Source of the DNA: a virus
Direction: 5' to 3' (one strand)
Length of the DNA: 64,000 nt
IMG/VR virus record: IMGVR_UViG_3300025098_000019
Span: 1-64,000 of that record
Shown here: positions 19,301-27,832 of the stretch, piece after piece
Position numbering within the stretch: position 1 is the first letter of the stretch
Layout of the letters: each line of letters opens with the position of its first letter
Notes under the pieces: model-generated
Told to the model about the DNA's origin: nothing
The model's database searches: none
The model's input: only the letters and a program-made list of their open reading frames with translations
Translations under genes and position numbers: made by a program

Positions 19301-20337
19301 AAGTTACTGTTAGTTGTTACTGTTGGTACTGAAATTCCTACTGATGTTGCAGTTTTAAGATTAACATAACTTGACATTTCGCCAGTTACAAATTCATCAA
19401 CTGGCGTATCAGGTAGAGGACCGCCTTCACCTAAGTCTGCATCTTGAAAGATGATGTCAAACCTTAAACTATTTGCTGCGGTTTGCCATGCTTTAATAGT
19501 GTAATAGTTATCTGCATATACACCCGAGCCAGTTTTAGTATAAAGTGTTACAGGATTACTTGACGATGTATTAGCCCATTGTGAATAATAATTGCCGATG
19601 GCCGATCCGCTTCCTGGATTTGATCCATTAGCTGCTGTGGCACTTTTACCAAATATAATAGTACCCTGAGTAGACATCATTGATCGCCAGTTAAGTGTTT
19701 TTGCACCTTCGCTGCCGCCAAAAGTTAAACCTTGCTCGTTAAGAGCACTAAATTGTATTTCGCCGCCAGTGTTAAAAAAATATCTTCTTTCGTCAGCGTT
19801 CTGCCATGTTACTGTAATAGTATGGTTAATAGATGATCCAGGTAAACTGGCGTCATTTCCGCCCCAGTCTGTATCTCTTAAAGAACTACTTCCTGATGAT
19901 ATAGAAACTTGGGCTGCGCCAATTAAATCATGTCCAGTAACAATATCGTTAGAAGCATTATCAAAATCTAAAAATCCTTCATCAGTGTCGTTAGCTGAAA
20001 ACGCCGAACTTATATCGTTAGGGTCTAATGGATTAACTCCTACATCTGCGGCATATACACCAATAGTTTCTGCATCACTTGGAGCATTTAGACCATCGCC
20101 TGTCCATGCAAGGTTTGATGATCCTTTTTGATGTGTTCTTGCTTTAACTAAATCATTATATAAAGCAAGCATATCTTCGGATTCAATAACTTTTGCTGTT
20201 GCTATTTGTGAGCTTTCAGTTGCTCGGCCATATCCAAACTGATCGTCAACTCCGTTGTCGCCTAAAACCGACTCAATTTTTGATTGTATCGCATTATATT
20301 CTGCTCTACTTATTACGCTTCCTAAGGTTAACGCCAT
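16345..20337 (-). CDS. Virion structural protein / putative receptor-binding fibre with Ig/Calx-like modules, DUF285 (BspA-like) repeats and a glycine-rich domain
   Basis: N-terminus paralogous to 20382..21701; V.EG...F Ig-like modules; repeats WDISSITSL, WNTSNVTDM, WNVSNVTDM, WDVTSVLSM; GGGGGGG-rich C-terminal domain; late promoter upstream. Confidence 0.75.
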   Translation of the reverse strand: MALTLGSVISRAEYNAIQSKIESVLGDNGVDDQFGYGRATESSQIATAKVIESEDMLALYNDLVKARTHQKGSSNLAWTGDGLNAPSDAETIGVYAADVGVNPLDPNDISSAFSANDTDEGFLDFDNASNDIVTGHDLIGAAQVSISSGSSSLRDTDWGGNDASLPGSSINHTITVTWQNADERRYFFNTGGEIQFSALNEQGLTFGGSEGAKTLNWRSMMSTQGTIIFGKSATAANGSNPGSGSAIGNYYSQWANTSSSNPVTLYTKTGSGVYADNYYTIKAWQTAANSLRFDIIFQDADLGEGGPLPDTPVDEFVTGEMSSYVNLKTATSVGISVPTVTTNSNLSGTATNQASISISGPTSAVGEGSTLTFDIATSNVATGTVFGYNITGVQLQDISLSQLNGTVTISAAGTAQVQFSMTEDEITEGTETLTFTLQAQGGLTASVDILDTSANINFSIFYSSMNVDEGTSVSYWLESGQGELNGETLYWDADASAIQVDETAGTFVYNSASTYSAANPCWTVTPSLDTVLDDDMIFNVNLRRNGPAQPVVSSRLLNVYDISEDPFTVVVDTSLFFRPDASKLSSFGGLDWSDKEFVFAVNSHNSDFQLRIRPKSGTVNETNLGLDNNTWYSLSVSSLPTNINVVGLEFSQSCEFYLDFKGRGQLSFGSEIFNIFDVFSPASPVYMNGCKVTDVTNWGRQFQFTSFSQMFQNCPITNFSDTSSPFDNHTPASMKETFYNCSIFDGSNSGLSDWDISSITSLDSTFFNATAFVGPIGNWNTSNVTDMKGTFSQAHLFNSNISYWNVSNVTDMTSMFECVHNMSNQPPNDQGTFNQDISSWDVTSVLSMNKMFFHHQGFNQDISTWCVAGLQQNSDAQNFNGGESALQSANTPDWGQACGSTVAVEVITSSATYNVRSQNDWDYMMVWAIGGGGGGGCASTDAGREKVASGGGGGGTAVKRYEKSSGISTFVATIGGFGWRGAASGGGAKQSGYTGGTTIFNPNAGQSQISATGGERGYASGTSASGGDGSTSGTNWGIAPASQGGVGSGGDNNYQGGGSRGWNLSSDRSGASSGGAPNLRGQAQAGLIGLGVEGAGYNEALATVEPDHPFEWSIGGVSQVSADFNGGRGRQHSSGQAGSAEIGQPYGAGGGGCAAEGGTNNAGRGATGVIVVAYRTNPASGSATGTVNISAPGTGSQPNIHFAQSDEYALTLGWRFDTNGGIVRIGSNATQTNGLHDTWTTSQNPGTYFIRVNPNPADPRPRQVPHNVESWGDDTFVPLSGPQGQQRFVRWDVGLNDRFNGSVKIEISSSTSAADIVATAYYGINVENGL
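17740..18090 (-). repeat. DUF285/BspA-like ~25-aa coding repeats
   Basis: Four to five F-N-x-x-I-x-x-W-[DN]-[VTI]-S-x-V-T-x-M-x-x-[MT]-F-type units. Confidence 0.7.
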
Positions 20338-20368
20338 TGTTGCTTCCTTTAAATTTCTTTTATACGTA

Positions 20369-20376
20369 TATTTATA
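20369..20376 (-). promoter_or_regulatory. T4-type late promoter TATAAATA
   Basis: Exact T4 gp55 consensus upstream of 20337. Confidence 0.75.
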
Positions 20377-20381
20377 TTAAT

Positions 20382-21701
20382 TTATAATTCTGATCTTTCA
20401 AATACTGTAGGTTCTGGAACAGCAAGTGCTCCTGTTATTAACTTTAAACTAACTGAGCTATCAATTGTTCCAGTAACAAATTCATCCACTGACAGTGGAT
20501 TATTAACATCTCCAATGTCTCCGTCATAAAATACTACTCGAAAAGATAATATAGTTGGTGATCTTTCAAACACAGTTATATAGTATTCGTTATCGCTATA
20601 AATTCCAACACCGCTCTGAGTAAAGATTGTTAATCTATTTTCTGAGCTTGTTGTACTCCAATCTACATCTGCTGTTCCGCTAAAATTTCCGTATTCAACT
20701 CCAGTACCTTCTGAACCAGTTCCGTATACACGGTCCTTTACAAAAAATATAGTTCCTATGTTGTTTAACATAGATTGCCATATTTCATCTTTTACATTTG
20801 GAGGAGCCGATGCTCCCGTTCCGGGTGTTGACAATCCGCCTGTTAAACTAGCATTAATTCGTATTTCACCGCCGGTGTTAAAAAAGAATCTACGATTCTT
20901 TTCAGTATCCCATTCGATATCAAATCCATGATAAATTGCATCTGACCATTGCGATGTTCTTCTTGATGTTGCAACAACTTTTACTGACGACTGCCCAGGG
21001 CCAACTAAATCTTTATCGTTCTCAATATCTGTAATAGCAAGTTCGTAATCTTCAAATCCTTGATTAACATCTTCTACTGCTCCTAACGAACTTTGTTGTG
21101 ATTTAGCTTGTCCAGTTTGTAGTGCAGGATCTGCAAATGAAATCCCGCCGGCAGCATTAATGTTTGATACTGTTATAGTAGCATCGTTTGCTGGTGTTGT
21201 GCCGCCTACAAATATTCCAGGAATATTTATAATTTCTCCGACTACAAAGTTAAGTCCTCCGGCAACTATGTTAAATTCATAATTTGGTCCATTTGTAACT
21301 ACTCGTAATTCTAAATTAGACCCTGCTGACAACGGATTATAAAGTGATAAACTATTTTCCCACTGTAAGTTATATTGTGTTGTAGTTTGAATAGGATTGT
21401 CGTCAACATCTGCTGCATAATAGCCAATAATTTCGTTTATTGAGGGTGCTGCTAATCCGTCAGGATTAGTCCATGCTAAGTTTGGTGTCCCTTTTTGATG
21501 TATTCTAGCTGTAACTATATCATTATACAATGACAGCATATCTTCAGCTGTAATAGTTTCGCCGTCACCCTTGGCCTGACTTTGTAATTCTAAGCCATAT
21601 CCTTGAGTTGATCCATCTCCTGCTCCTAATACTCGGTTGACTCTTCCTCGCATTGCATTGAAAATAGATGACGTTATTACATCGCCTATACGATTAGCCA
21701 T
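20382..21701 (-). CDS. Virion structural protein (baseplate/fibre-associated)
   Basis: Shares G..I....+NA+...+..VLG, ED+L.LYND+V.AR.HQKG, RR.FFNTGGEI, G+Y.DN.Y.I and VDEFVTG motifs with 16345..20337. Confidence 0.75.
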   Translation of the reverse strand: MANRIGDVITSSIFNAMRGRVNRVLGAGDGSTQGYGLELQSQAKGDGETITAEDMLSLYNDIVTARIHQKGTPNLAWTNPDGLAAPSINEIIGYYAADVDDNPIQTTTQYNLQWENSLSLYNPLSAGSNLELRVVTNGPNYEFNIVAGGLNFVVGEIINIPGIFVGGTTPANDATITVSNINAAGGISFADPALQTGQAKSQQSSLGAVEDVNQGFEDYELAITDIENDKDLVGPGQSSVKVVATSRRTSQWSDAIYHGFDIEWDTEKNRRFFFNTGGEIRINASLTGGLSTPGTGASAPPNVKDEIWQSMLNNIGTIFFVKDRVYGTGSEGTGVEYGNFSGTADVDWSTTSSENRLTIFTQSGVGIYSDNEYYITVFERSPTILSFRVVFYDGDIGDVNNPLSVDEFVTGTIDSSVSLKLITGALAVPEPTVFERSEL

Positions 21702-21716
21702 TTTTTCTCCACTATT

Positions 21717-23186
21717 TTACAGGCGCAATATACATTCGACTAATTTTTCAGACTCTTCAGGATTGGATTCTAAAGCTATTCCTACTAACGGATTTCCGTT
21801 AAAGTGTGTACTGCCACAACCTTCAGCATCTACATAAATTTTAGCGCCTTTAACAACTGCTCCTACAACTCTTACAGGTACTCTACCTTCAAGTGCAAGT
21901 GCTTGTCCTTTGATTGCTGAATTCATTAAGTATGCAGGATCTGCTGACACTACGCCAATTGGATACGAATCCAATAACGTTGGTGCTGCTTCAAATCCAG
22001 GGTCTTCACATATGTGCATTACTGTTCCAACAGGCCATGTTTTTTCTGTGGTATATTTTTCTGCCAAGTCAGCAAATCTTGCACTTGTTGCTATACCTTC
22101 AAAAATATCTGCTGCTATAGTATTATTACTATCACGCACTGCAATAGTAGATGCTTGTGCAGTTTCACTGGCATATGTATATGTGCTACCAGTTAATCCT
22201 ACTCTTAACTTGTTAGCATCGTCGGCTGTTCCTTTAAACTCATCAGCCCAAACTTGATCAAATCTTTTATCACTAGTACCTAAATGATAATCGCCTACTG
22301 TTGCACCCGGTAACAACCCATTTGAATTTATTGTTATTGAGTGTACTAAATTGCTTTGTGTATTTTGTGTTATAAAATGTATTTCATTATCAGCAGCACT
22401 TGAATTTTTAATTACGCCGCTAGTATTGTCTACAATAAATTCAAATGTGTCGTTAACAACTAGTCCTTGTGCTAATTCAATTTGATCAGCAAATGCTGCA
22501 TTTCCTGATTGTACAAAACTTGAAGCATCAACACCGCCTAATCGTTCTGCGTTTGCCGCTGTTCCCCAAAATTTAGAAACACTAACACCTGTAGTTGTTG
22601 CTGCGCCTTTAAGAGTAACACCAGATTTAACACTATTAAAGCCTGTTATACTATTTCCTTCAACTGGCTTAATAGTAAATTCTTCATTTGATATAATAAA
22701 TTGTGCAATATCGTTTATATATGCAACAATAACACTTTTAGATACATCTGCACTATCTAATACAGTTTGGCTAACCATTTGTGTTACGCCTTCGCCTGCG
22801 TCTTGAGGACCAATCAAGATAAACGTTGTACCATTGTAAACATATAGCTGCTCGTTTGCACTATCCCACCAAAAATCACCTTGTGCTAATCCTGCTGGCT
22901 GTGTGCCTGACACTTCAGCACCACCAATTGAACGCCACGAACTGTTTTCGTCACGGAATTTCATTCTATCTGTTCCTGTATCGTACCAAACTTGGCCGCT
23001 TACTGGTTTTGGAGGTTGATTTGCTCCTGCAAAATGTTCCATCATATGCAAGAAGTTTTCGTTATGTACTTCTCCGTATCCTGCATAATTTTTACCAACA
23101 AACTTAATGTCTGTTGTTTCGTTTAGCGTTCCATCTTCGACGGTTGTCAAAGGTGTTTTGCTGAATCTGTCTATAGTGTATGCCAT
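21717..23186 (-). CDS. Tail fibre/baseplate-attached protein with C-terminal intramolecular-chaperone-like domain
   Basis: Shared N-terminal VGKNYAGYGE..NENF...GQVWYD domain; C-terminal ADLAEKY...IGVVS..PAYLMN...AL.GRVPVRV.G autocleavage/chaperone-type motif. Confidence 0.75.
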   Translation of the reverse strand: MAYTIDRFSKTPLTTVEDGTLNETTDIKFVGKNYAGYGEVHNENFLHMMEHFAGANQPPKPVSGQVWYDTGTDRMKFRDENSSWRSIGGAEVSGTQPAGLAQGDFWWDSANEQLYVYNGTTFILIGPQDAGEGVTQMVSQTVLDSADVSKSVIVAYINDIAQFIISNEEFTIKPVEGNSITGFNSVKSGVTLKGAATTTGVSVSKFWGTAANAERLGGVDASSFVQSGNAAFADQIELAQGLVVNDTFEFIVDNTSGVIKNSSAADNEIHFITQNTQSNLVHSITINSNGLLPGATVGDYHLGTSDKRFDQVWADEFKGTADDANKLRVGLTGSTYTYASETAQASTIAVRDSNNTIAADIFEGIATSARFADLAEKYTTEKTWPVGTVMHICEDPGFEAAPTLLDSYPIGVVSADPAYLMNSAIKGQALALEGRVPVRVVGAVVKGAKIYVDAEGCGSTHFNGNPLVGIALESNPEESEKLVECILRL

Positions 23187-23217
23187 TTAAGTGTCCTCAA
23201 TAATGTATCTTGTACTG

Positions 23218-23225
23218 TATTTATT
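23218..23225 (-). promoter_or_regulatory. T4-type late promoter (AATAAATA)
   Basis: ATAAATA core in the intergenic gap upstream of 23186. Confidence 0.6.
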
Positions 23226-23232
23226 CTTTTCT

Positions 23233-25074
23233 TTAATAATTATTTACGTCAGTGTTAACGATCCAGTTTCCTAAATTGTTAATAATAAAGTATCTTGTTT
23301 CTCTAGTTATTTGTAGTGTAAATGTAGGTGTTAAGCTATTTGGTAAGTTAACACCCTGTAACACACTTACTGTTCCGCCAGCTGCTGCATTAACATCCAC
23401 AGTAGTAGTAGTTGAATTTGATGCAATATCAATCGGGTCAGTTGACTGGCTTCCGTAATAGTAGCAAGCAACTCTAGATTTTTTGCCTTCTGCAAATGTA
23501 GTTGCAGGATATAGTGTATTTAAATAGTCAATAAGTCTATCATTATATTCACCAGCAGCGTAGCCAGTTAAGTCCATACTAAACACAATGGGCTCAGTTG
23601 TTACAATTCTATCTGCATAAATTTTGTTAGCAGCGTCATAGTCAGCAGTTGGTTCAGCCATACCAGTAATTTTACTAGAAGTTAATGCAATATCTCCGCC
23701 TACATTAAATGTGAAGCCTGTTAATCCGCCAGTACGTGATATTGTATTATTAATTAATCTAGTTGTATTAACTGTAAGACCTGTTAGTGTTCCTACATTT
23801 GTTAAGCTACTGTTAACAACTCCAGATCCTAAAGTATCAGAACTTAAAACTAAATTATTATTAATTCTAAAGTTTTTAGTTTCTACTAAGTCAAAATGCT
23901 CTGACGATGTCCAAGCAGTAGTATTAGTATACCAATTAATTGTTTTGTCTGTTGTTCCTTTAAGTGTTATTCCGCCGCCGTCGGCTGTTAGATTAGTTGG
24001 AGGTGATGATGTTATTGCACCAAGTTCTATATTTTTATCTTCAACTTCAATTGTCGAAACTTGAGAAATTATTTGATCGCCTTCAACAGTCAAATCACCT
24101 GTAATTATTACACTACCGGTAACATCTAACGCTGCTCGAGGGCTTTCATTAAATATGCCAACACGTCGACTACCTGCTTTAACCTTAATGGCTGTTGTAC
24201 GACTTGTTGCTACTGCCGAACTGTTAACATCAATATTAAAGTCACTATCTTCTACTACACTTCTTACTGAAATACCGTTATCTACAAGAAAACGTCCTTG
24301 CCCCGATTCGCCTATAACTAAACCACTTGAGTTAGCAATAGTAAACAAGTCAGCAACAGTATTCTGTTGATTAGTTTTAACAAGTATCGACTCTGGAATA
24401 GGTGTTCCAGTTACTGACAATAAGTTTTGAGCGTTTTCTGCTGTGCCTCTGTAGATAAAACCTGTTTTATCTAATACATTCCAGCCTTTAAAGATTGTTC
24501 CTGTTGGATTTCCTTCATTTACTAATCCCTGAATGACGTTTGTTGGTAACTGATTTGGTATAAATTCTCTTGCTGATACTACTGCCATTAAACTATTGTT
24601 AATAACTAGTTTTAAAATTGTAACCTTATTAAGGTTTTGATCATCTATTGATTCTACAACAATACCACTTTCGCCTTGTGTTTCATTAAATGCAGGTCCA
24701 ATAAGTTGCCATTGTTCACCAGTGTATAAGTAAAACTGTTTATCAATAGTACTAAACCAAGTATCTCCCGGAATAGGACCTAATGGAAATGACTCACTTA
24801 AGAATGAGCCTGCTGCTGACTGAAAGGATTCACCGTCAAATACCTTTAACTTATTTTCTGACTTATCATACCAAAGTTGTCCAGTTAAAGGTGCAACTGG
24901 TTGGTTAGTATTAGCAAAATTTTCTAATAATTTAATAAAGTTTTCGTTTACTGCTTCGCCGAACCCTGTATAATTCCTACCTACTAGACTTATGTCAGTA
25001 GTATCAGTATCAAGTATCCCGTCAATTAGGTCTACTAGTAAGGTTCCGTCAGTTCTGTTAATTGTATATGCCAT
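23233..25074 (-). CDS. Tail fibre/baseplate-attached protein
   Basis: Same N-terminal domain (VGRNYTGFGE..NENF...GQLWYD); fibre motifs RVGI....P...LDV.G, VEDKNIELG, DGGGITL, SSLT.VGTL, DAANKIY. Confidence 0.75.
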   Translation of the reverse strand: MAYTINRTDGTLLVDLIDGILDTDTTDISLVGRNYTGFGEAVNENFIKLLENFANTNQPVAPLTGQLWYDKSENKLKVFDGESFQSAAGSFLSESFPLGPIPGDTWFSTIDKQFYLYTGEQWQLIGPAFNETQGESGIVVESIDDQNLNKVTILKLVINNSLMAVVSAREFIPNQLPTNVIQGLVNEGNPTGTIFKGWNVLDKTGFIYRGTAENAQNLLSVTGTPIPESILVKTNQQNTVADLFTIANSSGLVIGESGQGRFLVDNGISVRSVVEDSDFNIDVNSSAVATSRTTAIKVKAGSRRVGIFNESPRAALDVTGSVIITGDLTVEGDQIISQVSTIEVEDKNIELGAITSSPPTNLTADGGGITLKGTTDKTINWYTNTTAWTSSEHFDLVETKNFRINNNLVLSSDTLGSGVVNSSLTNVGTLTGLTVNTTRLINNTISRTGGLTGFTFNVGGDIALTSSKITGMAEPTADYDAANKIYADRIVTTEPIVFSMDLTGYAAGEYNDRLIDYLNTLYPATTFAEGKKSRVACYYYGSQSTDPIDIASNSTTTTVDVNAAAGGTVSVLQGVNLPNSLTPTFTLQITRETRYFIINNLGNWIVNTDVNNY

Positions 25075-25086
25075 TAGTTCTTATCC

Positions 25087-27186
25087 TTAGGTGTCCGCAA
25101 ATATTATATAATTTATTGTTAAGTAGGGAGGCATAATATCCAATGCTGCACCTAACGATTCTGTTCCTCTATACAGGCCGTTTCCTGTTGGTCCGCCGCC
25201 GTCTATGCCGCCGGAAGAAGAAAGTCCACTGGTAGTTGTAGTACCTGTTGCAATGTTTAGACGTTGTACGTTACCAGAAGCTTCGTCAACTGTTGCAACT
25301 TCGTCGTCACGTATTGCATAATGCCCAATGCCAGCTGGCGACTTCATATCATGTTCGTGTTCTGGTAAATTATTTAACTTAATATCTTTTGTTTCAGAAC
25401 CACCTGACAAACCAACAACATCTGCTGCGGTGTTAGTTACAACATCTGCTGAAAGATCTCCCATATTATCAGCACCTAGTGGCATCCTTCCTCGTAAGTC
25501 TGGAATTCCAAAAAACGCTGTTGACTGGTATCCTTCAGCTTCAAGATCTGATTGAGATTTAAATTTATACTTAATAACATTATATAAATTTACAGCATCT
25601 GCTTGACGCAACACTGTTCCGTCACATATATACCACCCTGGAGGAGCAATGTCTCCTGCAAAAGGAACAATCATTCCTACTGGATTTTTTGGAACATCTT
25701 TTAAGAAGTTAGTTTTAGTAATTTTAAAAATACCTGTATCACCAGTAGTTCTGTTGATAAGTATTTCGTCACCATTTTGTAATTCTACTACGTCATCTTT
25801 TGTTGTAATAAAATCGTTGTTAATAGCAATATCAAATGTTTTTGTAAGCTCTCCTGAACCATCAAAAATAACATCGTCTGATGTAACATCGCCAGTGACT
25901 TTAAACGTAGTTCTATTTGTTAATTTTGCAGCACTTGATGCTGCGCCTGTAATTGTGCCTTCAACTGCTCCTTTGAAAAATCCATGGAATGTTTCAGCAT
26001 ATACATCGTTAAATTTAGCATCTTCGCTACCAATAGACGGTATTGTAACTGCATCTGAGTCAACTAAAATTGAATTTCCAATCTTAGTTTGTCCTTTTAC
26101 TAAAAGATCTGTACCTACTTTTAAGTTTTTAGCAATACTTGTGCCGCCAGCAACAACTAATGCACCTAAACTAAGATCGTCTCCAAATGTATCGTCTGCT
26201 TCTGTAGTGCTTCCTACTTCAAGGCTTTCACTTATTTTTGAATCACCTATTACATCTAAAGAAACTTGCGGACTGGTATTGTTAATTCCTACAAACTTGT
26301 CGCTAGTTGCTCGAATAATTGTATTATAACCAGTTTCGGATTTTGTCTTTACATCAATACCGTTACCAGTAATATTACTTTGAATAATTGCTTGATTGCC
26401 TATTGCTTTTGCAGTAAACTGACTGTTAGTTCCAACTTCAATACCACTATCATTTTTAATTCTTAGTACACCGTAGGAGTTATAATCTATATCTCCTCGC
26501 ATAAAGTTAGATGAGCTAACATTGTCTGATCCAACTTTTAATGTTTCCGCTGTTTCAGCAACACCATTATACTTTAGAGGACCGTTAGCAATATTTCTTG
26601 TTGTTAAATTAATACCCGGTTTAAGTGTTGTATAACCTCTAATAGTTGACTTAGGAGTAAACATGTTGCTTGTAATTATTGCAACTGGAATATTTGAAAC
26701 TTCTACTTTTAATACAACATAATATTGGTCATCTGTTCCTAAAATTTGTTCAGCTTGTATACCCGATCCTAGTCCACCACTAAATTCAGGTCCAACTAGT
26801 AACCAACTTGCACCATTATTTAAATATAGTTGCTGGTTAGCTGTGTCAACCCAAAGATCTCCAGTTAAACTTAAACCTAAGTCAGGTTCAACTGGTCCTT
26901 TCTTAATGCCGCCAGCAGCTACCCAATTTGTTCCGTCATAAACTTTTAACTGTTCTGAACCAGGATTAGTATCATACCAAGTTTGTCCTTCTACAGGATT
27001 TAATGGTGGCTGGTTACTTGCAAAGTTTTCCAACATATGTAGGAAATTTTCACCAATTGACTGTCCGTAACCTGTTGCTTGTCTTCCAAGAAAGCTAATA
27101 CTTGTAGCTGAGTCATTAATTTCGCGATCTTCAACAACAATTGTACCCTTGTTAATTCGATCAGTAAATGGAATTTCGTATGGCAT
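25087..27186 (-). CDS. Short tail fibre-like protein with phage tail collar domain
   Basis: Same N-terminal domain; collar motif PVGMIVPFAG...PPGWYICDG...PDLRGR, LPEHEH, PPYLTINYII. Confidence 0.82.
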   Translation of the reverse strand: MPYEIPFTDRINKGTIVVEDREINDSATSISFLGRQATGYGQSIGENFLHMLENFASNQPPLNPVEGQTWYDTNPGSEQLKVYDGTNWVAAGGIKKGPVEPDLGLSLTGDLWVDTANQQLYLNNGASWLLVGPEFSGGLGSGIQAEQILGTDDQYYVVLKVEVSNIPVAIITSNMFTPKSTIRGYTTLKPGINLTTRNIANGPLKYNGVAETAETLKVGSDNVSSSNFMRGDIDYNSYGVLRIKNDSGIEVGTNSQFTAKAIGNQAIIQSNITGNGIDVKTKSETGYNTIIRATSDKFVGINNTSPQVSLDVIGDSKISESLEVGSTTEADDTFGDDLSLGALVVAGGTSIAKNLKVGTDLLVKGQTKIGNSILVDSDAVTIPSIGSEDAKFNDVYAETFHGFFKGAVEGTITGAASSAAKLTNRTTFKVTGDVTSDDVIFDGSGELTKTFDIAINNDFITTKDDVVELQNGDEILINRTTGDTGIFKITKTNFLKDVPKNPVGMIVPFAGDIAPPGWYICDGTVLRQADAVNLYNVIKYKFKSQSDLEAEGYQSTAFFGIPDLRGRMPLGADNMGDLSADVVTNTAADVVGLSGGSETKDIKLNNLPEHEHDMKSPAGIGHYAIRDDEVATVDEASGNVQRLNIATGTTTTSGLSSSGGIDGGGPTGNGLYRGTESLGAALDIMPPYLTINYIIFADT

Positions 27187-27806
27187 TATGAATTACCCCC
27201 GCTTAAACTCTGCACTCTTACAGTGTAGTCTACTTGAATAAGTCTATTCAAACTCTTTTGTACAGGATGGAAGATAACATGTGTTAGTAGCTGGCCGTCG
27301 CCTAAAACGCCTGACAAATTTGCGCTTCTTAAACCAAGTTCATCAAATACATATAATGCATTTTCGTCTGATGCTGTATCAAATGCATCCTGACCGTTTG
27401 GTTCGCCGTAATCTAATAAACACGTAACTAGTATATCTGTATAATTAGTACCACTAATATGTCTAGTTTCTATCTTATTTCTTGTAGGATCAGTATTATC
27501 AGCATTTCTATCATCTACAACCTTCGTAAATGTTTGATTGTATAACCCAGCGTTTGTTCCTGTTGTGTTTGGTGTCAAGTATGTAATAATACCTGTTGGA
27601 TCAACATTTGTTCCTCCGTTACCAAAGCTCATTTCTGCAATTGGCCCTTGGCCTGCATTACCTAAACTTTCTGCTAGTGCAATACTCATATTTTCATAGT
27701 GTATTGCGTTCTTTTTATCTACAAGGACTTCCCCCGTTTCCGGGTTATGAATTTTTATGTGTCCTTGGACAAATACTCCGTTGTTTTCATTTATCATGTT
27801 TGTCAT
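27186..27806 (-). CDS. Conserved phage baseplate-region structural protein
   Basis: 206 aa (GHIKI...KKNAIHYEN...FDELGL...THVIFHPVQKSLNR); lies between the wedge and fibre genes, with a late promoter upstream. Confidence 0.65.
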   Translation of the reverse strand: MTNMINENNGVFVQGHIKIHNPETGEVLVDKKNAIHYENMSIALAESLGNAGQGPIAEMSFGNGGTNVDPTGIITYLTPNTTGTNAGLYNQTFTKVVDDRNADNTDPTRNKIETRHISGTNYTDILVTCLLDYGEPNGQDAFDTASDENALYVFDELGLRSANLSGVLGDGQLLTHVIFHPVQKSLNRLIQVDYTVRVQSLSGGNS

Positions 27807-27824
27807 ATTCCATTCCTACAAGTA

Positions 27825-27832
27825 TATTTATT
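27825..27832 (-). promoter_or_regulatory. T4-type late promoter (AATAAATA)
   Basis: ATAAATA overlapping the stop of the giant gene, upstream of 27806. Confidence 0.55.

Noticed and set aside
16345-27186. Diversity-generating retroelement or invertible fibre cassette
   Set aside because: No reverse transcriptase, invertase or adenine-variable repeat pair was seen in the window.
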